Assembly (NCBI GenBank): GCA_037200925.1
Contig: JBBCGO010000001.1
Location: 511,698 to 575,697, forward strand
Length of the DNA: 64,000 bases
Direction of reading: 5' to 3'
From: Candidatus Doudnabacteria bacterium
GTDB lineage: Bacteria; Patescibacteriota; Doudnabacteria; UBA920; O2-02-FULL-48-8
Shown here in pieces: positions 8,922 to 18,413 of the stretch. The translations under genes were made by a program, and so were the position numbers. The notes under the pieces were generated by a model. It did no database searches. It worked only from the letters and a program-made list of their open reading frames with translations, and had not been told where the DNA came from. Position 1 is the first letter of the stretch. Each line of letters starts with the position of its first letter.

Positions 8922-9950
8922 TCAAACGAATCCGCCGACTCGCCACTCAATGGTTTGGCCTGCCATGTAGGGACGAACTTCTCCAAGCATATCGGGTACA
9001 ACCCAAGGATCTCTGGCCAAGACTAATTTTTCTTTGTTCCTTGGCAGTCCATAAAAATCCGCTCCAAAAGCCCAAGTGAAGTCAATAAGCGATTCCCCAT
9101 CCGAATACCGCTGGAACAGATCAAGGAGCTTTGGCATGAGCACCGGAGCCGAGAACACTCCCGAACAGATCTGGTCCGAGTGTTTGGACCCGAGCCGGTG
9201 CGGCGCCGAATCGCTGCCAAAAAATACTCGGCGCAGCTTTTTATAGAACACCAGCATACGCAGAGCATCGCGGTCTGCCCGTCCCTTGATCTCTGGTTTG
9301 CACATCCGGTGCGGATCACCCAAGCCTCCGCGAACATCATTCATGGTATCGAGCAGGTGATGAATCGTCACGGTCGCGCCGACAGTTTCAGCAGCGTCTT
9401 CGATGAACGCAACTGCGGCCGATGTACTGATATGCTCAAGCACGATGCGAAGTTTCGGAAAGTTATCGGCAACCAGTTGCACCAAAGGAAGGAACATCAT
9501 CTCTCGCCTTGATACGTCAACCCATTCCCACGTCGCCGGGCATTCGCCGTGGATCTGCAGAACCATATTCCGGTCCTGCATGACCTCGAACGTCGGAAAT
9601 AGCACAGCGATGTTTGAAATGCCGTCTGAGGATGCGGTTGTCGCACCTTCAGGATAGAACTTCAGGCGAGGAAACCCTGCTTCCCAAAAAGCCTGAGCCA
9701 GATCCGGCGTGGTCAGATCCGTGATCTTCGGCGAAACAAGAGTGTGGGAACCATACGGCTTTGTCACCGCGTTGGTTCTGAGGTTGTACGCGATCGCTTT
9801 CTCAACGGTCGTTATGGCCGGGACATTTCCCATTGCCACTACCCGTTTGAATTGCGTGGCGCTGAAAGGCGCTACGTCAGAAAGCATCGGCTCGTCGCGA
9901 TAGTGCGCGTGCCAGTCGTCCGGTGCGGGTATGGTGATCTCGTTCGTCAC
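8922..9950 (-). CDS. pyrC: Dihydroorotase (E. coli-like type)
   Basis: PDDWHAHYRD, KFYPEGATT, IHGE, VLEHIST, HHL, GSDSAPH; start moved to GTG 9950 after GGAGG. Confidence 0.93.
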   Translation of the reverse strand: MTNEITIPAPDDWHAHYRDEPMLSDVAPFSATQFKRVVAMGNVPAITTVEKAIAYNLRTNAVTKPYGSHTLVSPKITDLTTPDLAQAFWEAGFPRLKFYPEGATTASSDGISNIAVLFPTFEVMQDRNMVLQIHGECPATWEWVDVSRREMMFLPLVQLVADNFPKLRIVLEHISTSAAVAFIEDAAETVGATVTIHHLLDTMNDVRGGLGDPHRMCKPEIKGRADRDALRMLVFYKKLRRVFFGSDSAPHRLGSKHSDQICSGVFSAPVLMPKLLDLFQRYSDGESLIDFTWAFGADFYGLPRNKEKLVLARDPWVVPDMLGEVRPYMAGQTIEWRVGGFV

Positions 9951-10035
9951 AGATCCTCCGTTTGAAACATGGAATTGGATCAAGCTCTCGCTTGATTTAA
10001 AAGTATAGCAACCTCTCTCTTTTTCAGGCAAATAG

Positions 10036-10064
10036 ATCCCCACACCAAATTTTGGTGTGGGGAT
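10036..10064. repeat. 29-bp REP-like palindrome, copy 2
   Basis: ATCCCCACACCAAA-T-TTTGGTGTGGGGAT, with flanks similar to copy 1. Confidence 0.85.
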
Positions 10065-10081
10065 AAAAAAACGGCAAGCGT

Positions 10082-11101
10082 TTATGAACACTTACCGTAA
10101 AATTCCCCGTCCCTCCCGAGTTCATTGGCGTGGGCGATGATCTTTTTCACCCGCCACGGCCGCATGAAAGCAACGGACCCGACGGCGATCGCCGAGGCTC
10201 CTGCCCAAGCCAGCCGGTCGACCTGCCTGACATTGAGAATTCCGCCGCCGCCGATGATCGGTTTTGTGATCCCTGCCGCGCGAGCCTGCCGGATCCAAGC
10301 TTCAACCTTATCGAACAGCCAACTGGCTCCGGACAAACCGCCGCCGCCCAAATCTGCCAATGGCGATTCTGTTGTGCCAAAAAGTTTGCGCCTGACCTCC
10401 GCCGGAATGTGTATCCAGTTGATCGCGTTGGAATTGCAGAAGCCATCGCAATTTTCATCCTGACACATTGCCAGTGCAGCCCAGACAGGAAATAAGGCAT
10501 CTATCTTAATAAGCAATGGTACCTTGTCGCCCAGACGACGAAGGATCGCCAGACTCTCTCTAGTCTCTGAGACCAGAGACCCCACTTCTTCTTCGTGTTC
10601 GACGTTCGGGCAGCTGATGTTCAGCTGGACGCCGAATTCGCTCCTGAAAGGCAAAAATTGTTTGATCTGGCTGACCATGTTCGACAATTCATGAAGCCGT
10701 TCCGAGCGCGACTTTGCCAGAGCCATCAGCGAGATCTGAAACGGCTCTGCTCGGTCCTGCCAGACCTGCATTGCAAGCAGCGCATTGATGCCAGGGCCAG
10801 CAAGTCCCACCGCATTCAGGGCCGCTCCGCGGATCCAACTGTATGGGGTGACGTAGATGCATCGCGGCTTGAATTCAGCAGGCGTCATTCCATCACGAAG
10901 CATCTCCATGTTCCCGGGTTCACCGTAAGATTTCCCCAGACGCGATTCCCAGGTCGTGGTTTTGGCAGTAAAACTGCTGCCGGTAAAATCGAAGCCCGGA
11001 ACCCAATGCAAATACTGATGGAAAGGGTAGCCTTTACCGTCAAAATTGCGGACTCCGCTCTGGTCGAATGCGTAGTTGAAACGAACCCCGCGGATGATCA
11101 T
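10082..11101 (-). CDS. pyrD: Dihydroorotate dehydrogenase-like flavoprotein (class 1, catalytic Cys)
   Basis: AKTTT, LNAVGL.GPG, LNISCPNV, GGGGLSG, IIGGGGI, GASAIAVGS. Confidence 0.85.
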   Translation of the reverse strand: MIIRGVRFNYAFDQSGVRNFDGKGYPFHQYLHWVPGFDFTGSSFTAKTTTWESRLGKSYGEPGNMEMLRDGMTPAEFKPRCIYVTPYSWIRGAALNAVGLAGPGINALLAMQVWQDRAEPFQISLMALAKSRSERLHELSNMVSQIKQFLPFRSEFGVQLNISCPNVEHEEEVGSLVSETRESLAILRRLGDKVPLLIKIDALFPVWAALAMCQDENCDGFCNSNAINWIHIPAEVRRKLFGTTESPLADLGGGGLSGASWLFDKVEAWIRQARAAGITKPIIGGGGILNVRQVDRLAWAGASAIAVGSVAFMRPWRVKKIIAHANELGRDGEFYGKCS

Positions 11102-11190
11102 TTGCCACTCCTTGAGAAAAGAGAAGAACCAAATACTTCAAAACATTATAACACAAAACAGGCCGCGCAAAGCGCGGCCTGTTTGACAAC

Positions 11191-12321
11191 CTATTTTATT
11201 TTTTTTCTTATGAATGCCGGGATCTCAAGTTCATCCTGATCTTCCGCCATTTCACGTTCCGGTTCCTCTTCCATCACTTTCGGTGCGAACATCGGTTTTT
11301 TCATTTCACTCTTCACCGGTTCCTCCCGGCGGATCAGCGGTTCAGCTCTTCGCAGGCTATCGTCAAATCCGGTAGCCACGACCGTGATCTTGACTTCCTC
11401 ATCCATTTCCTCGTCGATCACTGCGCCAAAAATAATTTTAGCATTGGCATCAACGGATTTGGTAATAAATTTAGCCGCTTCCTCAACCTCGTACATGCCC
11501 AGGTCTTTGCCGCCCGTAACGTTGAACAAAACTCCGCGCGCACCGTCGATCGAAAGTTCCAGCAGCGGCGAATCAATGGCCGCGCGTGCCGCGTCCATGG
11601 CCCGGTTCTCGCCGGTGCCTCGGCCTATGCCCATTAAAGCGGATCCCGCGTTTTGCATAACTGCTTTTACATCCGCAAAATCCACGTTGATCATGCCGGG
11701 CGTGGTGATCAGATCGGAAATGCCGGCAACTCCCTGGCGCAAGACATCGTCAACGGTGCGAAAGGCGTCCAACAATGAAGTTTTTTTATCAATAATCTGT
11801 AAAATGCGGTCGTTGGGAATGATAATGATCGTATCGACATGCTGTTTTAATATCTCCAGGCCTTTTTCTGCAGTTTCTTTGCGCTTGGCCCCTTCAAACG
11901 CAAACGGTTTGGTCACCACTCCCACTGTCAGAACGCCGGTTTTTTTCGCTAATTCCGCGACGACCGGAGCAGCTCCGGTTCCTGTGCCGCCTCCCAGACC
12001 GCAAGTAATAAATACCATATCGGCATTATGGATAACATCCAAGATCTGATCCTTGCTTTCTTCGGCAGCGGCTCTCCCGATGTCGGGATTAGCTCCGGCG
12101 CCAAGGCCTCGGGTAATTGTTTTGCCGATATGAATTTTGTGGTCAGCCTGCGAATTATGCAGGGCTTGCGCATCGGTGTTGATTGCCACGAATTCCACGC
12201 CTTTGATCCCGGTTTCCATCATTCGGTGAATAGCATTATGGCCGGAACCGCCAACGCCGATAACTTTAATACGCGCAAATGTCTGAATTTTAGGTTTGAC
12301 CTCAAATGATCTTGGCTTCAT
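11191..12321 (-). CDS. ftsZ: Cell division protein FtsZ
   Basis: GVGGSG.NA, GGGTGTG, NVDFAD, C-terminal LEIPAFIRK. Confidence 0.99.
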   Translation of the reverse strand: MKPRSFEVKPKIQTFARIKVIGVGGSGHNAIHRMMETGIKGVEFVAINTDAQALHNSQADHKIHIGKTITRGLGAGANPDIGRAAAEESKDQILDVIHNADMVFITCGLGGGTGTGAAPVVAELAKKTGVLTVGVVTKPFAFEGAKRKETAEKGLEILKQHVDTIIIIPNDRILQIIDKKTSLLDAFRTVDDVLRQGVAGISDLITTPGMINVDFADVKAVMQNAGSALMGIGRGTGENRAMDAARAAIDSPLLELSIDGARGVLFNVTGGKDLGMYEVEEAAKFITKSVDANAKIIFGAVIDEEMDEEVKITVVATGFDDSLRRAEPLIRREEPVKSEMKKPMFAPKVMEEEPEREMAEDQDELEIPAFIRKKIK

Positions 12322-12324
12322 AAA

Positions 12325-13572
12325 TTAAGGTAAAAAACTTTTAAACCATTTCCGCAAATTTTTGACGGTATCATTTTCCATAACTTTGCGCGTAAACTTA
12401 TTGACCGTCCGCGTTGAGCCGAGCAAAAATTCATTGGCCCAAAGCACCAGTCCCACCGCAGTGGCAAACGACGGATCATCCACCCGGTCAATGACCGTTG
12501 TCACAGATCCCGGACTGCCTATTATGACGGGCAAGCGCAGCTGCTTTTTGGCTAATTCTACTACACCTGGAAGTTTGGCGCCACCGCCTGTCAAGACAAT
12601 TCCAGCGGGCAGTTGTCCGTCCCGGTTGATCTTTTTCAATTCCTTGTTGATCAGATCGAAAGTTTCTTCCAGCCGCGCTTCGGTGATCTCGGCAATGTGT
12701 TTAATTGAGACCTTGCCTTCTTCCTGGCGGTCGATCTTGGACAGATCCACATCCACGTCTTTCTTTACCTCGCGCATTTCCGCCTGACTGTATTGCAACT
12801 TCACTTTTTCCGCCGTATCCACTGACGTGCGCAGGCCAATAGCCAGATCATTGGTGATATGCATTGACCCGACCGGCAAGATCACGGAAGAGATCAGATC
12901 GCCCTCATCAAAAACCACCAGTCCGGAAGTCCCGCCGCCAAGATCGATCAAAGCCACGCCCAATTCTTTTTGTTTTTTCGTCAGGACCGCTTGGGCCGCG
13001 GCCAAAGGCGCCAAAACCAAGTCGTCAATTTCCAAACCCGCCTGCTGAATACATTTGGTCAGATTTTTTATGAAAGGGACCGAGGCCTGGATGATCTGGC
13101 TGTCCACCTCGAGGCGGATGCCGGACATGCCCACCGGGTCTTTGATGCCCATTTGGCCGTCCACTGTAAAATTTTTCGGAATAACATGCAAAATTTCCCG
13201 GTTCGCCGGGATGGAAATGGCTTGCGAAGCATCCACGACCCGCACTACGTCGTTTTCCGTGATCTCCCCGTCCGCGCGCGCAACTGCTATCACGCCGTGG
13301 CTTTCCTGGGATGATATTTGAGCCCCGCCGACTGATACGACCGCATGGTCAATGGTGAGTCCGGTCATACGCTCGGCTTTTTCCAGGGCTTCGGAAATGG
13401 AAGACACAGCTTCATCAATGTCGACGATCACGCCGCGCCTGATGCCTTGCGATACCGCCTCGCCCACGCCAATAATGCTGGGCGTACCCAATTCTGATTC
13501 CTGCTTGCCTACGACCACCCGAATAACGGACGAGCCGATGTCAAGACCGACGAATATGCTTTCTTTTGCCAT
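12325..13572 (-). CDS. ftsA: Cell division protein FtsA
   Basis: GLDIGSS, P.GMSG.RLE, IDLGGGT, VLTGGGAKL; upstream of ftsZ. Confidence 0.98.
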   Translation of the reverse strand: MAKESIFVGLDIGSSVIRVVVGKQESELGTPSIIGVGEAVSQGIRRGVIVDIDEAVSSISEALEKAERMTGLTIDHAVVSVGGAQISSQESHGVIAVARADGEITENDVVRVVDASQAISIPANREILHVIPKNFTVDGQMGIKDPVGMSGIRLEVDSQIIQASVPFIKNLTKCIQQAGLEIDDLVLAPLAAAQAVLTKKQKELGVALIDLGGGTSGLVVFDEGDLISSVILPVGSMHITNDLAIGLRTSVDTAEKVKLQYSQAEMREVKKDVDVDLSKIDRQEEGKVSIKHIAEITEARLEETFDLINKELKKINRDGQLPAGIVLTGGGAKLPGVVELAKKQLRLPVIIGSPGSVTTVIDRVDDPSFATAVGLVLWANEFLLGSTRTVNKFTRKVMENDTVKNLRKWFKSFLP

Positions 13573-13632
13573 TTATTTGAATTTCTAATTGATCTAAATA
13601 GGATCAATTAGATTAATTAGGTCGATTTATTT

Positions 13633-14070
13633 TCATTTCAATTGCTCTTTCACAATTTTCGAAATCGCGTTTCCGTCTGCCTGGCCTTTGACTTTTGAAA
13701 TCACTTCCTTCATAACTTTGCCGAAATCGGCAACTCCGGCATTTGTGCTTTCAATGACACTTTTAACGATAGCTGCCAATTCCGTTTCATCCATTTGCTT
13801 GGGCAGATATTTTTGCAGCACGCTCATCTGAGCTTCCTCGTGCTCCACCAGATCAGTGCGTCCGCCGGCCTTAAAACTTTCAATCGAATCCCTGTGCTGT
13901 TTGACTTTTTTGGCGAGGACGCTCAAAACCTCGTCCTCGCCTAAAGATTTGCCTTTTTCTATCTCGGCATTTTTTATGGCCGCCTTCAGATTGCGCAAAG
14001 CAGAAGTATGAACTTCATTTTTTTCTTTCTGGGCGGTTTTTAGGTCATCATCAATTTGTTGCAATAACAT
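13633..14070 (-). CDS. yqeY: GatB/YqeY domain protein
   Basis: LR.LKAAIKNAEI, K..RDSIE.F..GGR.DL, YLPKQM, DFGKVM, KGQADG. Confidence 0.92.
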   Translation of the reverse strand: MLLQQIDDDLKTAQKEKNEVHTSALRNLKAAIKNAEIEKGKSLGEDEVLSVLAKKVKQHRDSIESFKAGGRTDLVEHEEAQMSVLQKYLPKQMDETELAAIVKSVIESTNAGVADFGKVMKEVISKVKGQADGNAISKIVKEQLK

Positions 14071-14087
14071 GACATCTTTTCTTTCGC

Positions 14088-14327
14088 TTATCTGCGCCGA
14101 AACTTTGTTGGCGGAGGAAGTTTGCCCATCTTTTTCAGTTCTTCGCGCTTTTCGCGGTTGATCGCGCGCCTTGCCGCGTCCTCGCGCAATAAATTACGCG
14201 ATCTATTCGGTTCATAGAAACGGATTTTGCGCGCACGCACCAAAACACCGCTTTGCTGGATCTTGCGGTTGAATCGCCGAAGCAAACTTTCAAATGATTC
14301 GTTATCTTTTCTCTTAACTTCTACCAA
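14088..14327 (-). CDS. rpsU: 30S ribosomal protein S21
   Basis: VEVKRKDNESFESLLRRFNRKIQQSG...RFYE; probable TTG start after GAGGTG. Confidence 0.92.
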   Translation of the reverse strand: MVEVKRKDNESFESLLRRFNRKIQQSGVLVRARKIRFYEPNRSRNLLREDAARRAINREKREELKKMGKLPPPTKFRRR

Positions 14328-14509
14328 AAATATCACCTCGCTTTATAAATAGCCTGGTCTGGACAAAAAAATACCAAGGCTTGGCCCAAATATAACATAA
14401 AAACCGCTTTTCGGTCAATCTTAGGGTCAAATAGCTAACAATCATTCAACGATTCTTGTGCAACCGGTGTTTCATTTGGCATTTGAACCAAAGTCTTTTG
14501 GCCGTTTTG

Positions 14510-15787
14510 TCACTTTCCCAATCTTTTTTTGACTTCCTCGATGATCCGCTCGTAGGTAAACAGTTCCTGCATGCCGGAACGCACGTCGCGGAGTATCACT
14601 GTGCCGTCGCGCGCCTCTTTTTGCCCGATGATCAGAGCGATCGCCACTTTATTTGATTCAGCCAGCTTCAGCTGGGTCTTGATCGAGCCCGGGCCGACGA
14701 ATTCCGAAGCCATGATGTCATGGTTCCAAAGCTCCGTGAACAATCTTAATGTCTTTTTTGCCGCAAGTTCCCCCAGCGGCACCAAAAACACATCCACTTT
14801 GTTCTTGCTGGCAAATTTTACCTGGGCCAGTTCAAACGCGGAGAGGATCTTATCCAGTGTTCCGGAAAAACCCACGGCTTGGGTGGGCAGGCCGCCCAAA
14901 CTTTGGATCAGGTCGTCGGCATGTCCGCCCAAGCCCAAAGTCACATCTTTGTTTTCCGCATGAAACCGTATTTCAAACACGGTGCGGCGGGCCCAGGTCT
15001 TGCCGATGACCTTCGGGTTTAGGTTATAGACAATCCCAAGTTCATCCAACCCTTCCAATACGCCGATGAAATGCCTGCGGCAATTTTCACAAAGGTAATC
15101 GATCAAAGCCGGCGCGTCAGCGGCGGCGGCGGAACAGGATAAATTTGTGCAAGCCAAGATCTGCAGCGGCTGGTTATTCTCCAGATGGTCCAGGCAATTT
15201 TCGCACAGATCATATTTCCTGTCCTTGAAATAGTTGCGCAGCTGCTCCTGATAAGCCGGCTGGCATTCAATACATCCGATGTTGTTCACCTCCAGCGACA
15301 GATTATTTAGGCCGATCTCGCCGAATAATTTTAGCAGCAGATTGATCATCTGCGCATCAGCGATGGGCGCGGTTTGCCCGAATATCTGGAAACCGTATTC
15401 GGAGGTCTGTTTGATCTCATTGCCGGAAATAAAAGCCACAGGCGATGAGTAATACCATTTGCTGACCCGTTCCCTTTCCGGGAAATGATATTCAAGATAA
15501 GCCCGGACCAAACTGAAAATATTGGACGGTTTGGCTGCGATCGCATTGCTTTTCGGGTCCTGCAAAATTAAAAGCTGTTCTTTGTCCGAAGTCCAGAATC
15601 CATACAGATGCGCATCCTCGAACATCGGGGTATCGATCCTGACATAACCGAAATTATGCGCCAGGGTGACCAATTTCTCCAAAAAAACATCCCATGATAA
15701 ATGATGCTCTGGCAAAAGATCCTGGGAGCCGGCCAGCCTTGGCGGCGCTTTTTCGACTGTCGGTGTGATTTTGCGGGGACGACCCAT
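14510..15787 (-). CDS. Histidyl-tRNA synthetase homologue, probably catalytically degenerate
   Basis: HisRS layout (G..D.LP, IDTP.FE, Cys cluster, TVFE, C-terminal anticodon-binding domain), but RPE.T, motif 2, RGLDYY, GGRYD and GLER are replaced. Confidence 0.85.
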   Translation of the reverse strand: MGRPRKITPTVEKAPPRLAGSQDLLPEHHLSWDVFLEKLVTLAHNFGYVRIDTPMFEDAHLYGFWTSDKEQLLILQDPKSNAIAAKPSNIFSLVRAYLEYHFPERERVSKWYYSSPVAFISGNEIKQTSEYGFQIFGQTAPIADAQMINLLLKLFGEIGLNNLSLEVNNIGCIECQPAYQEQLRNYFKDRKYDLCENCLDHLENNQPLQILACTNLSCSAAAADAPALIDYLCENCRRHFIGVLEGLDELGIVYNLNPKVIGKTWARRTVFEIRFHAENKDVTLGLGGHADDLIQSLGGLPTQAVGFSGTLDKILSAFELAQVKFASKNKVDVFLVPLGELAAKKTLRLFTELWNHDIMASEFVGPGSIKTQLKLAESNKVAIALIIGQKEARDGTVILRDVRSGMQELFTYERIIEEVKKRLGK

Positions 15788-15864
15788 AAAAGATGATTAT
15801 TATAAAGTAAAAATAAAAAAGTCAAAAGATTACTTTTTTTATTTTTTACTTTTTAATTTTTTCC

Positions 15865-16533
15865 TTAAAAACTATAACTGGGCAGCTTATTATAAAAATC
15901 CCATTCATTCAGCGGCAGAACCCTGATCAGCACCCTTCCGACCATGAGAGACCGTTTCAGCGGCCCCCAATCCCGCGAATCGTCGGAAGCCAGGCGGTTA
16001 TCCCCCATCATAAAGTATTCGTCGCTTCCCAAAGTCAGGATTTTTTTGCCGCCGACGATCGTCATGTCATGCGCGTAGCTTAACTGCTGATTTGGCAGAT
16101 AAGGTTCATCGGATGTAACACCATTCGGGTGCTGCGCGTTAAAAATCGTAACCTTGCCGTTGTCAATTTCCACTTTCTCGCCGGGCAGGCCGATTATTCG
16201 CTTGATAAAAAACTGTTTGGGATCTTTCGGGTAGTGCAGCACGATCACTTGCCCGCGCTGAGGAGAACTGAAATGATACGTCAGCTCGTCAATGATCAGA
16301 TATTGTCCGTTGGAAAAATTCGGTTCCATGGATGAGCCGGAGACGATGAACGGCTGGAATATAAAATATCGGATCGGAACGATAATTATAATTGCCAGTA
16401 TTATGATCTTCAAAAAATCCCAAACCAACAGCAAACCCGAAACAAAGCCGCCGAAAGAACTATTTTTATGTTTACCCGAGGTTTCAGTGCGGGTCCCGGC
16501 CTCGTGGCCGGATTGATCTTCTGGTGCATCCAT
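15865..16533 (-). CDS. lepB: Signal peptidase I
   Basis: QPFIVSGSSMEP, FIKRIIGLPGE, MGDNR..S.DSR.WG. Confidence 0.96.
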   Translation of the reverse strand: MDAPEDQSGHEAGTRTETSGKHKNSSFGGFVSGLLLVWDFLKIIILAIIIIVPIRYFIFQPFIVSGSSMEPNFSNGQYLIIDELTYHFSSPQRGQVIVLHYPKDPKQFFIKRIIGLPGEKVEIDNGKVTIFNAQHPNGVTSDEPYLPNQQLSYAHDMTIVGGKKILTLGSDEYFMMGDNRLASDDSRDWGPLKRSLMVGRVLIRVLPLNEWDFYNKLPSYSF

Positions 16534-16639
16534 AGAAAATATTGTTTAGTAAACTGCTTCGCGAGTTCTTCGCATTACACTTCTACGCCCCCGAATGTGC
16601 AGTTGTTGCACTTCGGAGCTCCGTTCAGGAGCGTAGAAG

Positions 16640-16716
16640 TGGTGGGCGAAACAGGACTCGAACCTGTGACCTCGCCGATGTGAACGGCGCGCTCTAACCA
16701 GCTGAGCTATCCGCCC
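16640..16716 (-). tRNA. tRNA-Val(CAC)
   Basis: GGGCGGATAGCTCAGCTGGTTAGAGC..TT CAC AT..GGTTCGAGTCC..CCCACCA. Confidence 0.96.
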
Positions 16717-16847
16717 TTTAAATCACAATTAATTTACAGATACTTATTAGCTTAACAGATAACCGCTGAACAAATCAATACTGTCCGCCGATGGATGGAT
16801 TAAAGACCCTTTTTCGCGTATAATACCTGGGCATCTGATATGATTCT

Positions 16848-18413
16848 ATGAAAAACTTCGACCTTATAAAACCACAATTGCAGCAGCAGGTCCAAAATAA
16901 TAATCATTTTGACCCAATTGTCCAGAAACCGCATAGACGAACCCGGAAATGGAAATGGATCATTTTAATTTTGGTTATTCTAGCTTTGGCCGGCTTTGCT
17001 TCAAGCAAATTATTGTTAAAGACCAATCAGATATTTACCGGCAAGGGCAATATCTTTACGCGAGTCGGCAATCTGATCCTTAGTCCTGATAAAAAACTGA
17101 TCGGGGAAGATGAAGGACAGATCAACATCCTTTTGATGGGAATCGGCGGCTCAGGACACGATGGCGCTTACCTTACTGACACCATGATCGTGGCTTCGAT
17201 CAATACCAAAACCAATGAGGTCGTTTTAATCTCCATCCCCCGTGATTTTGCGCTGGACCTGCCCAAAGTCGGATACAACAAGGTCAATGCGGCGTACGCC
17301 TATGCCTACAAAGATAACCCCAATACAGCCGGGGATGCCGCTATTGATGCGGCTGAAAAAATCACCAATTTACAGATTCCTTACTACGCTGTGATCGATT
17401 TTCGGGGTTTTGTCAAAGCAGTCGATGACGTGGGCGGAGTGGATGTGACCGTAGACAACACCTTCACTGACTCGAGCTTCCCCAATGACTATCCTTATGA
17501 TACGACAGGATACTTAGCTCCCGTAACATTTACCAAGGGCCCGCAGCACATGAACGGACAGAGAGCTTTGATCTTTGCCCGGTCCCGGCATTCGGAAAAT
17601 GCCGATGAAGGTTCTGATTTTGCGCGATCTGAGAGGCAAAAAAAAATCCTTGTTGCGTTAAAAAACAAGATTCTGTCGCTGAAGCTGACAAACTTGCCGA
17701 CGATCAACAACCTCCTGTCCGATTTCACGGATAATTTCCGAACGAACATGGAGCCTTACGAACTGAAACATTTGACCGACCTGGCCCAGAAAACAAACAA
17801 CGATAATATTTATTCTTTTTCACTTGATCCGGACGGCGTTTTGATCTGTTCGGCCCTGGTAGACCCGCAAACAGGAAAAAAAGTTCCCGAACCTGCCCCG
17901 GCTCCGGCCCCTACTTCTACTCCGACTCCTCCGCCTGCTACCGGGGCCTCTGCCGCTAAAACGACCGCTGCAGTTCCCACCGCTGGCAGTGTTCCGACTG
18001 TGATCCCAACAGATACGACTCCTGCGGTAACTGAGCCTGAGGTGGTCAGGATGTATGTGGTACAGCCTTGCGAGGGAAAAACCTTAACCGATATCCATGA
18101 TTGGCTTGTTAATGCCCCTGTTATGGCCAAACTGAATAAAGAAAAAGCAACCGTGGAAATTCAAACCTCCACCGGCAAGCCGATCTCTCCGACCCGCTTC
18201 AAACAGTTATCCTTAGCGGGAATTGATGTTAAGTATGCAATATTCAAAGGGAAGGTTGCCTACAATCAGACAGTCCTTTACGACAATACTAAAGGCAGCA
18301 AGCCTAAGACGCTTGATTATCTCAATTCAAATTACACTTTGACCCCGTCAGACGTAACGTATCCTGCTTCTACCGCGGACTTTGTCATAATCGTGGGGAA
18401 AGATTCGTCATGA
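16848..18413 (+). CDS. LCP (LytR/CpsA/Psr) family protein with Pro/Thr/Ala-rich insert and LytR C-terminal-like domain
   Basis: TM anchor; INILLMG, TDTMIV, SIPRD, KVNAAY, FARSRH, SDFARSERQ. Confidence 0.9.
   Translation: MKNFDLIKPQLQQQVQNNNHFDPIVQKPHRRTRKWKWIILILVILALAGFASSKLLLKTNQIFTGKGNIFTRVGNLILSPDKKLIGEDEGQINILLMGIGGSGHDGAYLTDTMIVASINTKTNEVVLISIPRDFALDLPKVGYNKVNAAYAYAYKDNPNTAGDAAIDAAEKITNLQIPYYAVIDFRGFVKAVDDVGGVDVTVDNTFTDSSFPNDYPYDTTGYLAPVTFTKGPQHMNGQRALIFARSRHSENADEGSDFARSERQKKILVALKNKILSLKLTNLPTINNLLSDFTDNFRTNMEPYELKHLTDLAQKTNNDNIYSFSLDPDGVLICSALVDPQTGKKVPEPAPAPAPTSTPTPPPATGASAAKTTAAVPTAGSVPTVIPTDTTPAVTEPEVVRMYVVQPCEGKTLTDIHDWLVNAPVMAKLNKEKATVEIQTSTGKPISPTRFKQLSLAGIDVKYAIFKGKVAYNQTVLYDNTKGSKPKTLDYLNSNYTLTPSDVTYPASTADFVIIVGKDSS

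Noticed and set aside
8833-10064. 29-bp palindromes as CRISPR repeats
   Set aside because: Only two full copies, 1.2 kb apart and flanking a gene; no regular spacers and no cas genes.
9951-10091. N-terminal extension of the pyrC ORF in the ORF track
   Set aside because: It reads through the palindrome and promoter; the GTG at 9950 has an SD and fits the family start. Upstream extensions of nrdR, purB, rpsF, efp, dnaJ, uvrA and uvrC were trimmed for similar reasons.
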